A stretch of DNA of 64,000 nucleotides. Source: an uncultured Methanolobus sp. Its GTDB lineage: Archaea; Halobacteriota; Methanosarcinia; Methanosarcinales; Methanosarcinaceae. The DNA is taken from the NCBI GenBank assembly GCA_963675495.1, contig OY776215.1:736001-800000 (forward strand). Direction: 5' to 3'. The position numbers and the translations under genes were made by a program. Position 1 is the stretch's first letter. Each line of letters starts with the position of its first letter. Shown in pieces: positions 20,792 to 31,834 of this stretch. Below the pieces are notes generated by a model that saw only the letters and a list, made by a program, of their open reading frames with translations, was not told the origin of the DNA and searched no databases.

Positions 20792-22014
20792 TCGAACATG
20801 TAATTCTTTTTTACGTATACTGGTTCTTTAACGCCCACAAGTACGAGCAGCAATGACAACAGCAACATAGCTGCACAGATATAAAAAGGCAGTTCAAATG
20901 AAATATAACCTGCAAGAAGTCCACCCATAATAGGGCCAAGTGCCATTCCAGCTGCCTGGGAAGCTGTTATAGAACTTACTTTGGAACTAACCGACACTCC
21001 TGCAAGATCAACTGCAAGAGCCATAACTGGTGTTTCCACTGCAGCCATGGATATACCCTGAACTGCACGCAGTACTATGAGCTGGGTGACGTTGTCAACA
21101 TAACCAAGACCAATTACGATTGGAATGTTGAGTAGCAGACCCAGTGCAATTATCCGTTTCCTCCCTATACGATCCGATATGAATCCCATAGGAGTCTGGA
21201 ATAACACCCTCACAATAACATAAGCAGAAACCGCAATACTGAGCGATATCGGACCAGTATTGAGCCGTGTTTCATATTCAGGCAGGAAAGCAAATATTAT
21301 CATTATCCCTGCCATCATCATGAACATGGCAATTGAAAGAATTGCAAACTGGAATCCTTGCTTAGACTCCGATGTATTTTCCTTGTAAGATGTACCATCA
21401 TGAGTCTCCGATACGAAAAATGAGATCAATATAAGGCTTGAAAGGCCCAGTAAAGCACACACATAGAATGCTGTGACAAAGCCGTAATAACTGGCAACTA
21501 TACCACCTATAATGGAGCCAGTGCCAAAAGCAAAACCCCTTACAGTGGAATATATACCTATTGCAACGCCTCTTGTACTACTTGTTGACATATGAGTGAC
21601 CATTGCAACAATAGCAGGCACAGTTGCACCTACAGTGATTCCCTGCACAATGCGAAGCAGCACCAGGTGATCGAAATTATTGGTGTTGGCATAAATGAAA
21701 GATATCAGAGTAAATCCTGCCATTCCAAGAACAACAAAAGGCTTTCTTCTGTTAAGAGAATCTGACAAGCGGCCAAGAAATGGCTGTGAAATGGCATTTG
21801 ATAGTCCAAAAACAGTAGCAATGATGCCTGCCCTGACAACTATTGGAGTGTCAGAAAAAATATTACTATCCAGGCCAACTATGTACAGAGGAAGCAGAAA
21901 TGCAAGCATCCCGGTACCCAGGTCCTTGAATAACTTGGAAAGAGAGAGCACATAAAGTGCGGGATCTAATTTCAGTTCATCTTTTTGAAGTGCCGGAGCA
22001 TCTGAATTCATCAT
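20782..22014 (-). CDS. MFS transporter (DHA1-like)
   Basis: About 12 TM; [10 protein letters not shown] and [10 protein letters not shown] motifs. Confidence 0.9.
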   Translation of the reverse strand: MMNSDAPALQKDELKLDPALYVLSLSKLFKDLGTGMLAFLLPLYIVGLDSNIFSDTPIVVRAGIIATVFGLSNAISQPFLGRLSDSLNRRKPFVVLGMAGFTLISFIYANTNNFDHLVLLRIVQGITVGATVPAIVAMVTHMSTSSTRGVAIGIYSTVRGFAFGTGSIIGGIVASYYGFVTAFYVCALLGLSSLILISFFVSETHDGTSYKENTSESKQGFQFAILSIAMFMMMAGIMIIFAFLPEYETRLNTGPISLSIAVSAYVIVRVLFQTPMGFISDRIGRKRIIALGLLLNIPIVIGLGYVDNVTQLIVLRAVQGISMAAVETPVMALAVDLAGVSVSSKVSSITASQAAGMALGPIMGGLLAGYISFELPFYICAAMLLLSLLLVLVGVKEPVYVKKNYMFDHT

Positions 22015-22188
22015 ACGACCTGTGTATGGTGATTATGTCTCAAACTATAAAAGCATAGAATCAGGGATCATACATATAGAATATTTTGCAAAGATCTTGA
22101 GATTGACAGAGAAATGACATCCTTGTACAGAAAAAAATCATCAGAATGATTAAATGCAGGGCTTAAAAAATCCCCTGCTTTGAAAAAA

Positions 22189-22554
22189 TTATTCAACGAC
22201 AATGAGTCCACCTTTTGTCCATGGGTGGGTAACAAGTTCATATTTATAAGTGCCCACATCTTCAAACGTGTAGGTGAAAGTATCATTTTTCCTGAGTGTC
22301 GGAGACTGGAAACTGTCCCCCCCTACAAGATTTCCCTTTATGATAAAGGCCACTGAATCGTTATTTATCCACCTGACAGTATCGCCTGGAGAGATCATGC
22401 TTGAGTATGGATGGAACTCATACTCATTGATATATATAATAGCATCCGCCTCAACGGGCTGTGACTCTGGAATTTGTTCATCCACACAACCTGAAAAGGA
22501 CAATGCTAATAAAGATATTAACATTATCAGGAATATTAGACTTCTTGCTCTCAT
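22189..22554 (-). CDS. Cupredoxin-fold lipoprotein with degenerate copper site
   Basis: Lipobox SGC; F-x-P...PGDTVRWIN-ND...FTYTFEDVGTYKY...HP. Confidence 0.75.
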   Translation of the reverse strand: MRARSLIFLIMLISLLALSFSGCVDEQIPESQPVEADAIIYINEYEFHPYSSMISPGDTVRWINNDSVAFIIKGNLVGGDSFQSPTLRKNDTFTYTFEDVGTYKYELVTHPWTKGGLIVVE

Positions 22555-22600
22555 ATTCTTAGAAGAATTGCTATTTCCTAATAACACTTTTGATGGTATA

Positions 22601-24292
22601 TCAATTCCTTTCACGCTGCATCAGGTACATTTCCTCAAGACGCCCGATAGTCTCAACATCTTCAACAGATTTGTCAGACCTTACATTCACCAGCCTTGGG
22701 AAACGAAGTGCATAACCGGATTCATAGTTGACACTTTTCTGGATCTCTTCAAATGCAACCTCAAAGATTATCTCAGGTTTTATTTCAACCTCAGTTCCTG
22801 ACTCCACAATAACAAGTTCTAAGAACAGTTCTGTGAGTTCTGCAAGTTGTTCATCTGAAAAACCAGTCGCAACACGCCCAACAGGCAGGAAACGTCCTGT
22901 ATCAGGGTCATGACATGCAAGTGCGTATGACCCAAGAAAACTGGTACGCCGACCGTATCCCCATTCGGCACCTATTACAACAAGGTCCAGAGTCTCCATG
23001 ACAGGTTTTTTCTTGAGCCAGTTCTTTCCACGTTTTCCCGGAGAATAGGGTGACTCAGGGTTCTTTATCATTACGCCTTCATGACCTGCCTTAAGAGCAG
23101 CATTGTATATTTCCACAATTTCTTCAGGATCATCAGTAAGATACTGAGTGTCGACGTTGATCTTATCCCCGTTTTTGACACAACCCTTAAGTTTCTCTCT
23201 CCTCTCTACGAGCGGAAGGTCAAGCAGACCCTCACCATTGAGATACATAATATCAAAAAGGTTGAGTATTAGAGGAATCTCACGTGCTGTGGCCTGGACA
23301 TCATATTTTCTTCTGAAACGTTTCAGTATATCCTGAAATGCCCTCGGTCTTCCATTTTCATCAATGGCCACGGCTTCACCGTCAAGTATTGCAGATTCAG
23401 CACTTACACTCTCCTTTACTGCTTCTACGATATCAGGAAGAGAAGCTGTTATATTCTCAAGGCGGCGGGAAAAAAGAGTGATATTGTCACCTTCTTTGTG
23501 TATCTGCACCCTTGCCCCGTCAAATTTCCACTCTACTGCAGCAGTTCCTATATCTGAAAGAGCTGCATCAAGACTTGGAGTTATCTGGGCAAGCATCATG
23601 CGTATGGGTCGATTGAGCTCAAGACCAAGAGACAATACTGCATCCCTTCCACCTTCTCTGGCGGTGCTTGCGACAAGCCCAAGGTCATTACTAAGCATAA
23701 AAGCCCTTTCAATTTCCTCAGAAGGAACATCGAAAGCTTTGGAAATAGCATCTCTTACTATGCCTTCACCAACTCCGATCCTTAGTTCTTCCACTGCAAG
23801 GCGTGCAATATAGCTCACCTCTTCCGGCAAAGATGAATTAAAAAGATACTGAAGATTCTTTATTTTAGATGTCTGGGAGCCTTTCCCTGAAGATCTAGAA
23901 ATAGCCTTGAATCTTTCAAATACATCAAGTATAGAGAGATCATTGGACTCCTCCATGAATGAAGAGAAAGTGGCCTGGCCACTGGACACCTTTTTTAAAG
24001 CTCTTGCAGCAGTTTCACCGATGTCGCCTGTTTCCCTCACAAGTCCCTTTATATCAGAAACAGCAAGCCCTGCTGATTTTGCAAGAGCATTGTAAAGAAT
24101 ACCGGCACCAACACCTATCTCTTCACTGCTCCATGCAGGAAATATCTCACCCATCACAAAATGAGTGACAACCGGAAGTTCCTCAGGAGTGACCTGTTCA
24201 AGCAATTCAGCAACCAGAGATGCCATGTCCAGAGACCCTGAAGTGTTCTCGATGACCTTGCAGGCCTCAGAGAATTCTCTAAAACTTGTCAT
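22601..24292 (-). CDS. lig: ATP-dependent DNA ligase
   Basis: [26 protein letters not shown] motifs. Confidence 0.96.
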   Translation of the reverse strand: MTSFREFSEACKVIENTSGSLDMASLVAELLEQVTPEELPVVTHFVMGEIFPAWSSEEIGVGAGILYNALAKSAGLAVSDIKGLVRETGDIGETAARALKKVSSGQATFSSFMEESNDLSILDVFERFKAISRSSGKGSQTSKIKNLQYLFNSSLPEEVSYIARLAVEELRIGVGEGIVRDAISKAFDVPSEEIERAFMLSNDLGLVASTAREGGRDAVLSLGLELNRPIRMMLAQITPSLDAALSDIGTAAVEWKFDGARVQIHKEGDNITLFSRRLENITASLPDIVEAVKESVSAESAILDGEAVAIDENGRPRAFQDILKRFRRKYDVQATAREIPLILNLFDIMYLNGEGLLDLPLVERREKLKGCVKNGDKINVDTQYLTDDPEEIVEIYNAALKAGHEGVMIKNPESPYSPGKRGKNWLKKKPVMETLDLVVIGAEWGYGRRTSFLGSYALACHDPDTGRFLPVGRVATGFSDEQLAELTELFLELVIVESGTEVEIKPEIIFEVAFEEIQKSVNYESGYALRFPRLVNVRSDKSVEDVETIGRLEEMYLMQRERN

Positions 24293-24323
24293 AATATAAC
24301 CCTCGTCCCGGAAATATCGAATT

Positions 24324-25319
24324 TTAGTCCCTGTAAATGGATATCATATCACTCAGGATCGCACTCGCAGTTTCGATAGAACCTGCTCCACGCCCTGTTA
24401 CAGTGATGGGACCAGAAAGGTCAGTTTGCACGGATGCAACATTAAGGGAACCTCCAACTGCCAGTGGATGATCAATTGGCACCAGTTTTGGAGCCACATT
24501 TATCCTGCTGTCGTTGACCTCTCCTATCAGTTTGATAACATAACCATCATTATGAGCCAGCAACAGTGCTTCAGGTGTTATCTTCGTTATACCTGTGACT
24601 GTAACATCCTCATGAGTTGCATTCATTCCGAATACGCAATTTGCAAGTATGACCAATTTACAGACAGTATCAATACCCTCAACATCATATGTCGGATCAG
24701 TTTCAGCATATCCAAGCTCCTGCGCCTCTGCAAGCATCTGCTCATACGGAGCATGCTCCTCCATCATACGGGTGAGAATGTAGTTACAGGTACCGTTGAA
24801 TATACCTTCAACATTGGTGATCTTATTACCTGCCAGCACATCTCTTGCAAGATTCAATACAGGCATTGCGCCACCTACGGTCGCTTCGAACAGGAATTTG
24901 GAACCACCTGTATTGGCCGCTTCCATAAGCCCGCCGTATTGCATCGCAAGGGGACCTTTGTTTGAGGTAACCAGATTTCTTCCGTGTTTGAACGCCGTAA
25001 GCATGTTCTTAAGACCGACGCCACCAGTTACTATATTGGTGGGAGTTGTTTCCACAACAAGCTCGTGGTCAATACTCTCTATGATCTCAAGTCCGGTAAG
25101 CTTTTCAGTGCCAACAATACCTTCTGTGTTCTTTCTGGAAATAACCGCAGTAAGATCTAACCCATCTGCATCAATGGCAGCTGTTCTTGAGTCTGCGATC
25201 GCAACAACTTTAAAATCAATTCCAATACTTTCAAGATATTCTTGTTTATCCAAAATGACCTTTGCAACACCCTGACCAACTGCACCGAAGCCTATAATAG
25301 AAACACGAATTGTTTTCAT
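24324..25319 (-). CDS. hom: Homoserine dehydrogenase
   Basis: [41 protein letters not shown]. Confidence 0.95.
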   Translation of the reverse strand: MKTIRVSIIGFGAVGQGVAKVILDKQEYLESIGIDFKVVAIADSRTAAIDADGLDLTAVISRKNTEGIVGTEKLTGLEIIESIDHELVVETTPTNIVTGGVGLKNMLTAFKHGRNLVTSNKGPLAMQYGGLMEAANTGGSKFLFEATVGGAMPVLNLARDVLAGNKITNVEGIFNGTCNYILTRMMEEHAPYEQMLAEAQELGYAETDPTYDVEGIDTVCKLVILANCVFGMNATHEDVTVTGITKITPEALLLAHNDGYVIKLIGEVNDSRINVAPKLVPIDHPLAVGGSLNVASVQTDLSGPITVTGRGAGSIETASAILSDMISIYRD

Positions 25320-25831
25320 TAAATTGCCCCCAATTCACTTTTAATCGGTTCAATGACCAGAAGATCTTTCTTTTTTGCAATATCCTTCAGAAGCTCAATA
25401 GCTGATGCAAGATGCTCTTTGCTTACTGCATCTATTTTTAATGATGCTGACGATGGCATTTTTATTTTTGGCATAGAAAGGTTAAGATCAACAACTTCTG
25501 CATAACCTGTGTTATCAATTGTATCTATGGTATCCTGAATATCAGTGTGCACTATATGCCCGATAAGAATTACCGCACCATGTTCAAAATACCTCTTTTC
25601 ATCAATGCGTGCAATACCGATATCGCTATCTTCAAGGCTGGTAATAATACTGTTAAGATTATCCGGTTTTGTCTCAAAAACGATATGAACCGGAATAGTG
25701 CCACGGGGAGTCCTTTTTTCATGATGGTGGACCACCGATATCAAATTGCCTTTGAACTCGGATACTGGTCGTAAAGCAAGAAGTAACTGCCCGGGGATAT
25801 CTTTTAACTCAATGTCCATGGAAACTCGCAT
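25319..25831 (-). CDS. ACT-domain allosteric regulator of homoserine dehydrogenase
   Basis: ELKDIPGQL...GNLISVVH, LIGHIVHTDIQDTID; coupled to hom. Confidence 0.88.
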   Translation of the reverse strand: MRVSMDIELKDIPGQLLLALRPVSEFKGNLISVVHHHEKRTPRGTIPVHIVFETKPDNLNSIITSLEDSDIGIARIDEKRYFEHGAVILIGHIVHTDIQDTIDTIDNTGYAEVVDLNLSMPKIKMPSSASLKIDAVSKEHLASAIELLKDIAKKKDLLVIEPIKSELGAI

Positions 25832-26085
25832 GTATACCCTCGTAAATATGTAAATAAAACTATTTCTGAATGCTTGACTTTATACACATTAAATGTAGAT
25901 ATATTCTACGTACAAACTTTTCGCTTGTTTGCTACAAATTTGTTCAGAGCCGTTAACCAACCCCTTTGTGTGTTCAAATATTTTGTTCTATCTATGTATT
26001 AACTGAATTTCTTGTAAAGTGAATATATTTTCAATATTTTTTCTGTGTCCTTTCTAGTTATTGTTCTCAACAATATATTATAGTT

Positions 26086-28134
26086 TTAGCGATTAAGGAA
26101 AATATTGTGATTAGTTTTATCATTTGATATTTCTTCATATGGTGGATACGTTATTATAAGATTGCCTTTGAACAATGTAATAATACGTTTTGGTAGTACC
26201 TTCAATATCGAATGCCATCCCGGAGTATCCCGGTGAGTACTTGCAATTATTATTAGATCATTTTGACTTTCGTCTCTTGAATTCAGAGAGTCTATAAGCA
26301 TATCCCATTCTTCTATACCTTCAAACACTATAGAAATATCAGAACCTGAACTATCGAAAAATTCCTTATATATTGTAGGATCATCAGCGACCACCATAGC
26401 TTTTACAGGTGCCGATGTATGTTGCGCTATCCTTTTTATGGAATCCACTACGGAACAAAAACCTGGATTGTGATCCATGCCTTGAGGGATTATAAGAGTG
26501 ATTCCCTGCGTATTGCACAAAGGATTCCTAATCATTGAAACGAGCACAAGTTTCTTAGTTCCCCTTAGTACCTGGTCAATGACCGAACCAATAATACTCT
26601 CCTTTGGGGAATGGATACCATCCCATCCCATTACGATGGTTGAGATTCTGTTCTCAAGAGATGCTCCCATTATACCTGAAGCTATGTTATATCCAAGACG
26701 TACATGAGTTTTTACAGGAACTTCAGCACATGCAGCATAATTAATAGTATCCATAAGAGATTGCTCAGCTTCTAGGACTTTTTTTTCTGAATTACTATCA
26801 TGTTTTACTACAGAAAGTACATGCAACGGTTCAATGGATTTTTTTTCTCGAATCATCAGGGCCAGATCCATTAAAAGTTGCTTGTACGTAGATTGCGTCG
26901 AAAAAGAAACCAGTACACGAGAGTCTGATTCCAGAGAATTGCATGTGACACTATCTGCAAGGGAAACTCTTTTACCATATATTTCAACAATCTGAGGACT
27001 TATTATCCCGACAATAAGTATCATCATTATTACGGCGTTTATCATGCTCTCATTGAAAAGGCCTGCTTCAAAACCAACGAGTACAATTGCAAGTGCTGCT
27101 GCAGCATGCCCTATAGACAAACCGAACATGGTCATTATTTGGTCCTTGCTATAATGGTACATTTTTCCTGCCAGCCATGCAGCTCCAAACTTGGCAGTGA
27201 TCATAACGCCTATCATCAAGAATCCCAAAGTGAGCTGATTTCCTCCTCCAAAGAAAGAATGAACATTTGTAAGCATTCCCACTGAAAGAAGGAAGAAAGG
27301 TATGAAAAGTACGTTTCCAGCAAACTCTATTCTGTTCATGAGGGGACTGGTATTTGGAATTAGACGGTTAAGCAAAAGGCCGGCAAGAAAAGATCCAATA
27401 ATAGGTTCGATTCCAGCAATTTCTGCAAGATATGCAAGTATAAATGCTATAGACAACACAAAAAGAAATTCAAAATAACTCTCATCTGTAAGTTTACTGA
27501 AAAACCATCGTGCAATACTTGGTACAATGAACAACGAACCTGCAAAGAAAACAAGCAAACCGAAAAGCAACTTGATCCAGAAGAACATATCAAGGCTCCC
27601 ATTCAGGGAGGAGACTACAACAGCCAGGATCATCAGGGTCAGTGTATCAGTAAGTAAAGTAGCCCCAATTGCAGCAGTAATGCCTTCATTGTTGACTATA
27701 CCAAGCTTCTTGATAACAGGATATGCAAGTAAGGTTTGTGAAGCAAACACAGAAGCAAAAAGGAAGGCTACAGTGAAAGACATATCCAATAGGTAATATC
27801 CTGCAGCAGTCCCTGCAACCTGTGGAATTAAAAATGATAATGTACCAAAGACCAGGCTTCGATCTATCTTCTCAATGAACTTGTTGATATTGATTTCCAG
27901 TCCTGCTATAAACATCAGGTAAACAAGACCAATTTCGCCAAGAAGCACAATGGTCTCATCCCTCTCCAGTATATGCAAAGCATTGGGCCCGATCAATGCA
28001 CCGGCAAGAATTACACCGATCATCCCCGGTAATCTTAATGATTTGAATAGCAGGGGTGCTATAAGGAAAATAAGCATCGACAACGCAAAGATCAGCACTG
28101 GTTCGTGTAAAGGGAGTGATGGGATCATGTTCAT
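26086..28134 (-). CDS. CPA2 cation:proton antiporter with C-terminal USP-like domains
   Basis: N-terminal multi-TM (LMFIAGLE, IIGSFLAGL, IPFFLLSVG); C-terminal STIVMGW...IIGSVIDQVL. Confidence 0.9.
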   Translation of the reverse strand: MNMIPSLPLHEPVLIFALSMLIFLIAPLLFKSLRLPGMIGVILAGALIGPNALHILERDETIVLLGEIGLVYLMFIAGLEININKFIEKIDRSLVFGTLSFLIPQVAGTAAGYYLLDMSFTVAFLFASVFASQTLLAYPVIKKLGIVNNEGITAAIGATLLTDTLTLMILAVVVSSLNGSLDMFFWIKLLFGLLVFFAGSLFIVPSIARWFFSKLTDESYFEFLFVLSIAFILAYLAEIAGIEPIIGSFLAGLLLNRLIPNTSPLMNRIEFAGNVLFIPFFLLSVGMLTNVHSFFGGGNQLTLGFLMIGVMITAKFGAAWLAGKMYHYSKDQIMTMFGLSIGHAAAALAIVLVGFEAGLFNESMINAVIMMILIVGIISPQIVEIYGKRVSLADSVTCNSLESDSRVLVSFSTQSTYKQLLMDLALMIREKKSIEPLHVLSVVKHDSNSEKKVLEAEQSLMDTINYAACAEVPVKTHVRLGYNIASGIMGASLENRISTIVMGWDGIHSPKESIIGSVIDQVLRGTKKLVLVSMIRNPLCNTQGITLIIPQGMDHNPGFCSVVDSIKRIAQHTSAPVKAMVVADDPTIYKEFFDSSGSDISIVFEGIEEWDMLIDSLNSRDESQNDLIIIASTHRDTPGWHSILKVLPKRIITLFKGNLIITYPPYEEISNDKTNHNIFLNR

Positions 28135-28138
28135 CCTC

Positions 28139-28159
28139 TATAATAATAATAATAATAAT
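28139..28159. repeat. (TAA)n trinucleotide microsatellite
   Basis: taataataataataataat immediately upstream of the antiporter RBS. Confidence 0.8.
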
Positions 28160-28503
28160 CAACGTATATTTGTGATTAAAAATATGTATCTCCCATTTTA
28201 TGCAATACATTCTCCCCGATATCAGTTAAAATATATATATATTCTCATGTTGACTTGTCGGGGGTTAAACACACAATTAAATTTTTATATTCCAGTTCTT
28301 TCAAAGCACGGATGATATTTTGAGTTGACCTGTTCGTTTAATGAGCAATATCCGAAGCTATGATGATGATATTCCATTGTGATACGTTTAAATGTGAGTT
28401 TCCAATATATAAATTTGTCTTTTGGATTTGGTTAAAAATTTCCCTATATGCAAAACTCAAATCACCAATATTCTTCATAACACATATTTGTCAAGGCTTT
28501 TTA

Positions 28504-28638
28504 TTACTCCCTTTTACAAAAGCGGCGTCTATCTGGAGTTCCCACTTCATCTTCAAGAATTATTTCACCACTAGAAGTCCGCCCATACTCCACTTTAAAG
28601 TCTGCTGGTATTATATTAGATAAGGAACGAATGTAACT
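28504..28638 (-). pseudogene. purC: Relic of SAICAR synthetase (purC)
   Basis: Minus strand translates SYIRSLSNIIPADFKVEYGRTSSGEIILEDEVGTPDRRRFCKRE*, matching the PurC signature (I/L)xDxKxEFG...I(I/L)L(A/I)DE..TPDSxRFW. Confidence 0.75.
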
Positions 28639-28769
28639 GGTATATTGGTGCAAGGAGTGAGTTTAGGATTCATAAAATGCTGACATGAATTTGGGTAGTA
28701 GAACATATGTCAGAAGGAAAGTTCCATATTATATTTTTGATGTACATTGTTATTTATTTTTAAATGCAA

Positions 28770-29609
28770 TTATACATTTTGGTTTGAATCTTCCGCATCA
28801 TTCCTTTCTTCAAGAATTATAACATTACCCCGACCTTTCTTGAATTTGCGGACAATACCCCGACTCTCAAGATCCGATATCATAAGGCTGACCTTGGCTT
28901 CAGAGTGTCTGACCTTTGTACGCAGGTCCTTCTGAGTAATGCGGCCATCATTTTTCGCAATGAGATCTATGACCTCCCTTAGATCATCAGGTAGCTCCTG
29001 CCATTTATCGTCGGGAATTATTGAACCAAAATCATCATGAGAAATATCATGACTGTCATCCTCAGATATAGAGGTCTCACTGCGTTTTTTTACAAAATGA
29101 TATCCTCCAACAGATAACGCAGCAATGAAAATAAGAATAAATATCATACTCTGGGAAAATGGATTTATTCCTCCATCATTAGCATTTGATAAATTAGCAA
29201 TTTCATCAAGCTCAGAAAACTCAGTCCCATTAAACGGTGCATCATAATATACAGGAAGTAGGAGCAGATCCATTACGTAGTCCCCATCACCGGTGATGGT
29301 TATTTCCTCTTCAGTATATGCTACCAGATTATTTCCATCATATAAACTGCCTGATATAAGAAAATCACCGGGTTCCAGGTTAAAGGAATATATCCCGTAT
29401 TTTGCAAGCATTGATTGAGGAGGAGTTGAGTTCACCTCGACAATAACATCTTCCAGAGGATCAAATGAATTCCACTCATATACTGCACCATGGATGGTTG
29501 CCATCTCTGCAGCAGTTGAAAACTGGACACATGTAAGTATCATGATTACGAGTAGACAAAGCAGAACCATTTTTTTGTAAATCACTGGATGTATATTTAG
29601 CAAGTACAC
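28770..29609 (-). CDS. Membrane-anchored winged-helix regulator (COG2512-type) with extracytoplasmic carboxypeptidase-regulatory-like domain
   Basis: Signal peptide, ATIHG-x-VY...G-x-YSFNLEPG beta-sandwich, TM helix, C-terminal GRITQKDLR...SEAKVSLMISDLE...KKGRGNVI. Confidence 0.85.
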   Translation of the reverse strand: MYLLNIHPVIYKKMVLLCLLVIMILTCVQFSTAAEMATIHGAVYEWNSFDPLEDVIVEVNSTPPQSMLAKYGIYSFNLEPGDFLISGSLYDGNNLVAYTEEEITITGDGDYVMDLLLLPVYYDAPFNGTEFSELDEIANLSNANDGGINPFSQSMIFILIFIAALSVGGYHFVKKRSETSISEDDSHDISHDDFGSIIPDDKWQELPDDLREVIDLIAKNDGRITQKDLRTKVRHSEAKVSLMISDLESRGIVRKFKKGRGNVIILEERNDAEDSNQNV

Positions 29610-29874
29610 ACATATAATAGTTACTTCGAACTAAAATATGAAGAAAGATAAAGTTTTATCAAGTAAAACAAACTGTTTTAAGGCTTTTTTACACAATGAA
29701 GCATGCTTAAAGTTCCCGTAAAGTAAAGTATGGTTATATCCGGCTCTGCGAATCTTAGAATTGCAAGTGTAAGTTAAAGCACACCAACAAATTATTGCTT
29801 CCTGGCGTATCAACCACCAAATTTGTGCTTGGTTTTCACTTACAAAATAAAAGAAAAATGGGAGAATATTGATT

Positions 29875-30195
29875 ATGAAAATAAAAACATTTACATTAAT
29901 TGCTGTGGCAATTATGCTGGTAAGTTTATTTACAGTAACTGCCATGGCAGCAGATCAGCAAAGAGACAGAGATCAAGACTGTACAGGTGTACCTGATGAT
30001 GTACTAAGAACAAACACAAGAGCAGGCTTCAATGCTGGTGACACCACAGTTGAAGATGCAGGTGTCAGTAACGGAGATTGCGATGGGAGCAACTGCATCG
30101 GCGATTGTGACGGTGAATTTGATGGTAACGGTTCCCAGGGTAATGGAGACTGTGACGGGAACGGACCAAAAAGAGATGGTTCATGCCAGAGCTAA
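29875..30195 (+). CDS. Small exported Cys/Asp/Gly-rich protein
   Basis: Signal peptide ending AMA; three GDCDG repeats, six Cys. Confidence 0.8.
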   Translation: MKIKTFTLIAVAIMLVSLFTVTAMAADQQRDRDQDCTGVPDDVLRTNTRAGFNAGDTTVEDAGVSNGDCDGSNCIGDCDGEFDGNGSQGNGDCDGNGPKRDGSCQS

Positions 30196-30220
30196 ACCAT
30201 AAATGAAGAAATAATGAAAC

Positions 30221-30249
30221 TCCGGCTAATACAGCCGGAACTTTTTATT
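30221..30249 (+). terminator. Hairpin plus T-tract
   Basis: TCCGGCT-aatac-AGCCGGA then actttttatt. Confidence 0.6.
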
Positions 30250-30317
30250 ATATAATACACTTAAAAGAACATAGAAAGATAAATGACAATTCAACAAGAG
30301 AACTGGAGGGTTATCTT

Positions 30318-31793
30318 ATGAAAAAACAAGGATTGAGAATATTTGCATACTTCGCTGTAGTGCTGATGCTGGTAAGCGTTCTTCCGGTAGGAGCACTTGC
30401 AGCATCTGATAATGGACAGAACAGCGATAATGGAATGTCAGAAACAAATGGTCAGGACAACGATAGTTCTGATGAACAATCTGATGAAGAAGATGATGAT
30501 GAACCTGCAGGTGTTCAGGACCATGACAGGGATCGTGATATGGTAAATGCCCCTGATGCAACAAGGCAAATGGTCGCAAATAAAGTAATAAACAGAGTTC
30601 AGGAAGTTAAGGACACAAGAGCTGGCTACCTTGAAGCAAAGAGCAGTTTTGCCAGTATAAAGTCTAAGAATCCAAACCTGAATTCTGAAGAAGCCATTGA
30701 AGCTACCAAGACATATTTGATCAGTTCTACCGACTATATGATTTCACTCCTTGCTAACGAAGAATATATCGAGGAACTGGAAGAGGAAAGGGAAAATGTA
30801 GAAGCTGCAACAACCAGAGCCGAACTGGCAGATTCTGCAAAGAACATTAAAAGTATATGGAATGATGCACGCAAGAACCGTATAGTTGCTTCAGGAAAAG
30901 TCATCGACGACAAGATAAGTAAAGTTGTCAAAACATCTGATGCCCTGATACTGCGTCTTGAGAATGAGATCGCTACCATGAAAGAAAATGGCGAGGATGT
31001 AGAAGAGCTTGAAGATATGCTTGCTGAATACAAGGCGCTCATGGACAATGCAAAAGAAAACCAGGAGCAGGCAAGAAACACATATATCAATGGAAACGGC
31101 GAGAATGTCCGTGAAGCTAACAGGTATCTTGTACAGGCAGGAAAAGACATCAAGGGCGCAAATGGCCTACTGAGGAACATGCTCAAAGAGCTTAAAGAGC
31201 AAAGAGAAGGAGTAGTGGTGCTCAGTGGAACCGGCGAACTCACTGCAAAAGGTGAAGGAACTGCAGTTCTGTCTGGCAATCTTTCTATAAATATCGCTTC
31301 AACCGATGCAAAGATTGTCATAAAAGATATGGAAGGAAATGCAACAATCAACATTGATGAAAATGAATATGAATCATCTAACATTGATTACGGCAACAGT
31401 ACAGACAATAACCGTGCATTCGTCTACCATAATGTCACAGGTGATGTGTATATTGAAGGAGAACGCCTTACAGTGATGGTTCGTGGATACGATATTGTGC
31501 TTACTGCCGAAGGAACAGGTACTGCAGTACTCGCAGGTGATGGCATCTACAATGTTGAAGAAGGAGAATCAGGGAACTGGGCAAGCCGCTATGTAGATGA
31601 TTCTTCAGACGATGAAGAGGATGACGATTCTTCTGATGATGAAAGTGATGACGAATCTTCTGACAACGACGAGGATGATGATTCTTCTGATGATGAAAGT
31701 GATGACGAATCTTCTGACAACGACGAGGATGATGATTCTTCTGATGATGAAGAAGATGACGAATCATCGGATGAGACTGAAACCACTGTCTGA
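30318..31793 (+). CDS. Exported coiled-coil protein with beta-rich domain and Asp/Glu/Ser-rich tail
   Basis: Signal peptide ending ALA; helical middle; repeated (L)TAxGxGTAVLxG; acidic tail; GGAGG RBS. Confidence 0.85.
   Translation: MKKQGLRIFAYFAVVLMLVSVLPVGALAASDNGQNSDNGMSETNGQDNDSSDEQSDEEDDDEPAGVQDHDRDRDMVNAPDATRQMVANKVINRVQEVKDTRAGYLEAKSSFASIKSKNPNLNSEEAIEATKTYLISSTDYMISLLANEEYIEELEEERENVEAATTRAELADSAKNIKSIWNDARKNRIVASGKVIDDKISKVVKTSDALILRLENEIATMKENGEDVEELEDMLAEYKALMDNAKENQEQARNTYINGNGENVREANRYLVQAGKDIKGANGLLRNMLKELKEQREGVVVLSGTGELTAKGEGTAVLSGNLSINIASTDAKIVIKDMEGNATINIDENEYESSNIDYGNSTDNNRAFVYHNVTGDVYIEGERLTVMVRGYDIVLTAEGTGTAVLAGDGIYNVEEGESGNWASRYVDDSSDDEEDDDSSDDESDDESSDNDEDDDSSDDESDDESSDNDEDDDSSDDEEDDESSDETETTV
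31596..31775 (+). repeat. In-frame tandem repeat (54-bp unit built from 27-bp subunits)
   Basis: DDDSSDDESDDESSDNDE occurs twice, with partial flanking copies. Confidence 0.9.
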
Positions 31794-31834
31794 GAGCAGG
31801 AAAGAATGAGAAACGATATAGGAGTTGGTACTAA

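Noticed and set aside
28360-28623. 87-aa plus-strand ORF
   Set aside because: No recognisable features; the opposite strand carries the purC relic
30734-31809. Ser-rich and His/Arg-rich alternative ORFs
   Set aside because: Antisense or out-of-frame shadows of the acidic protein and its tandem repeat
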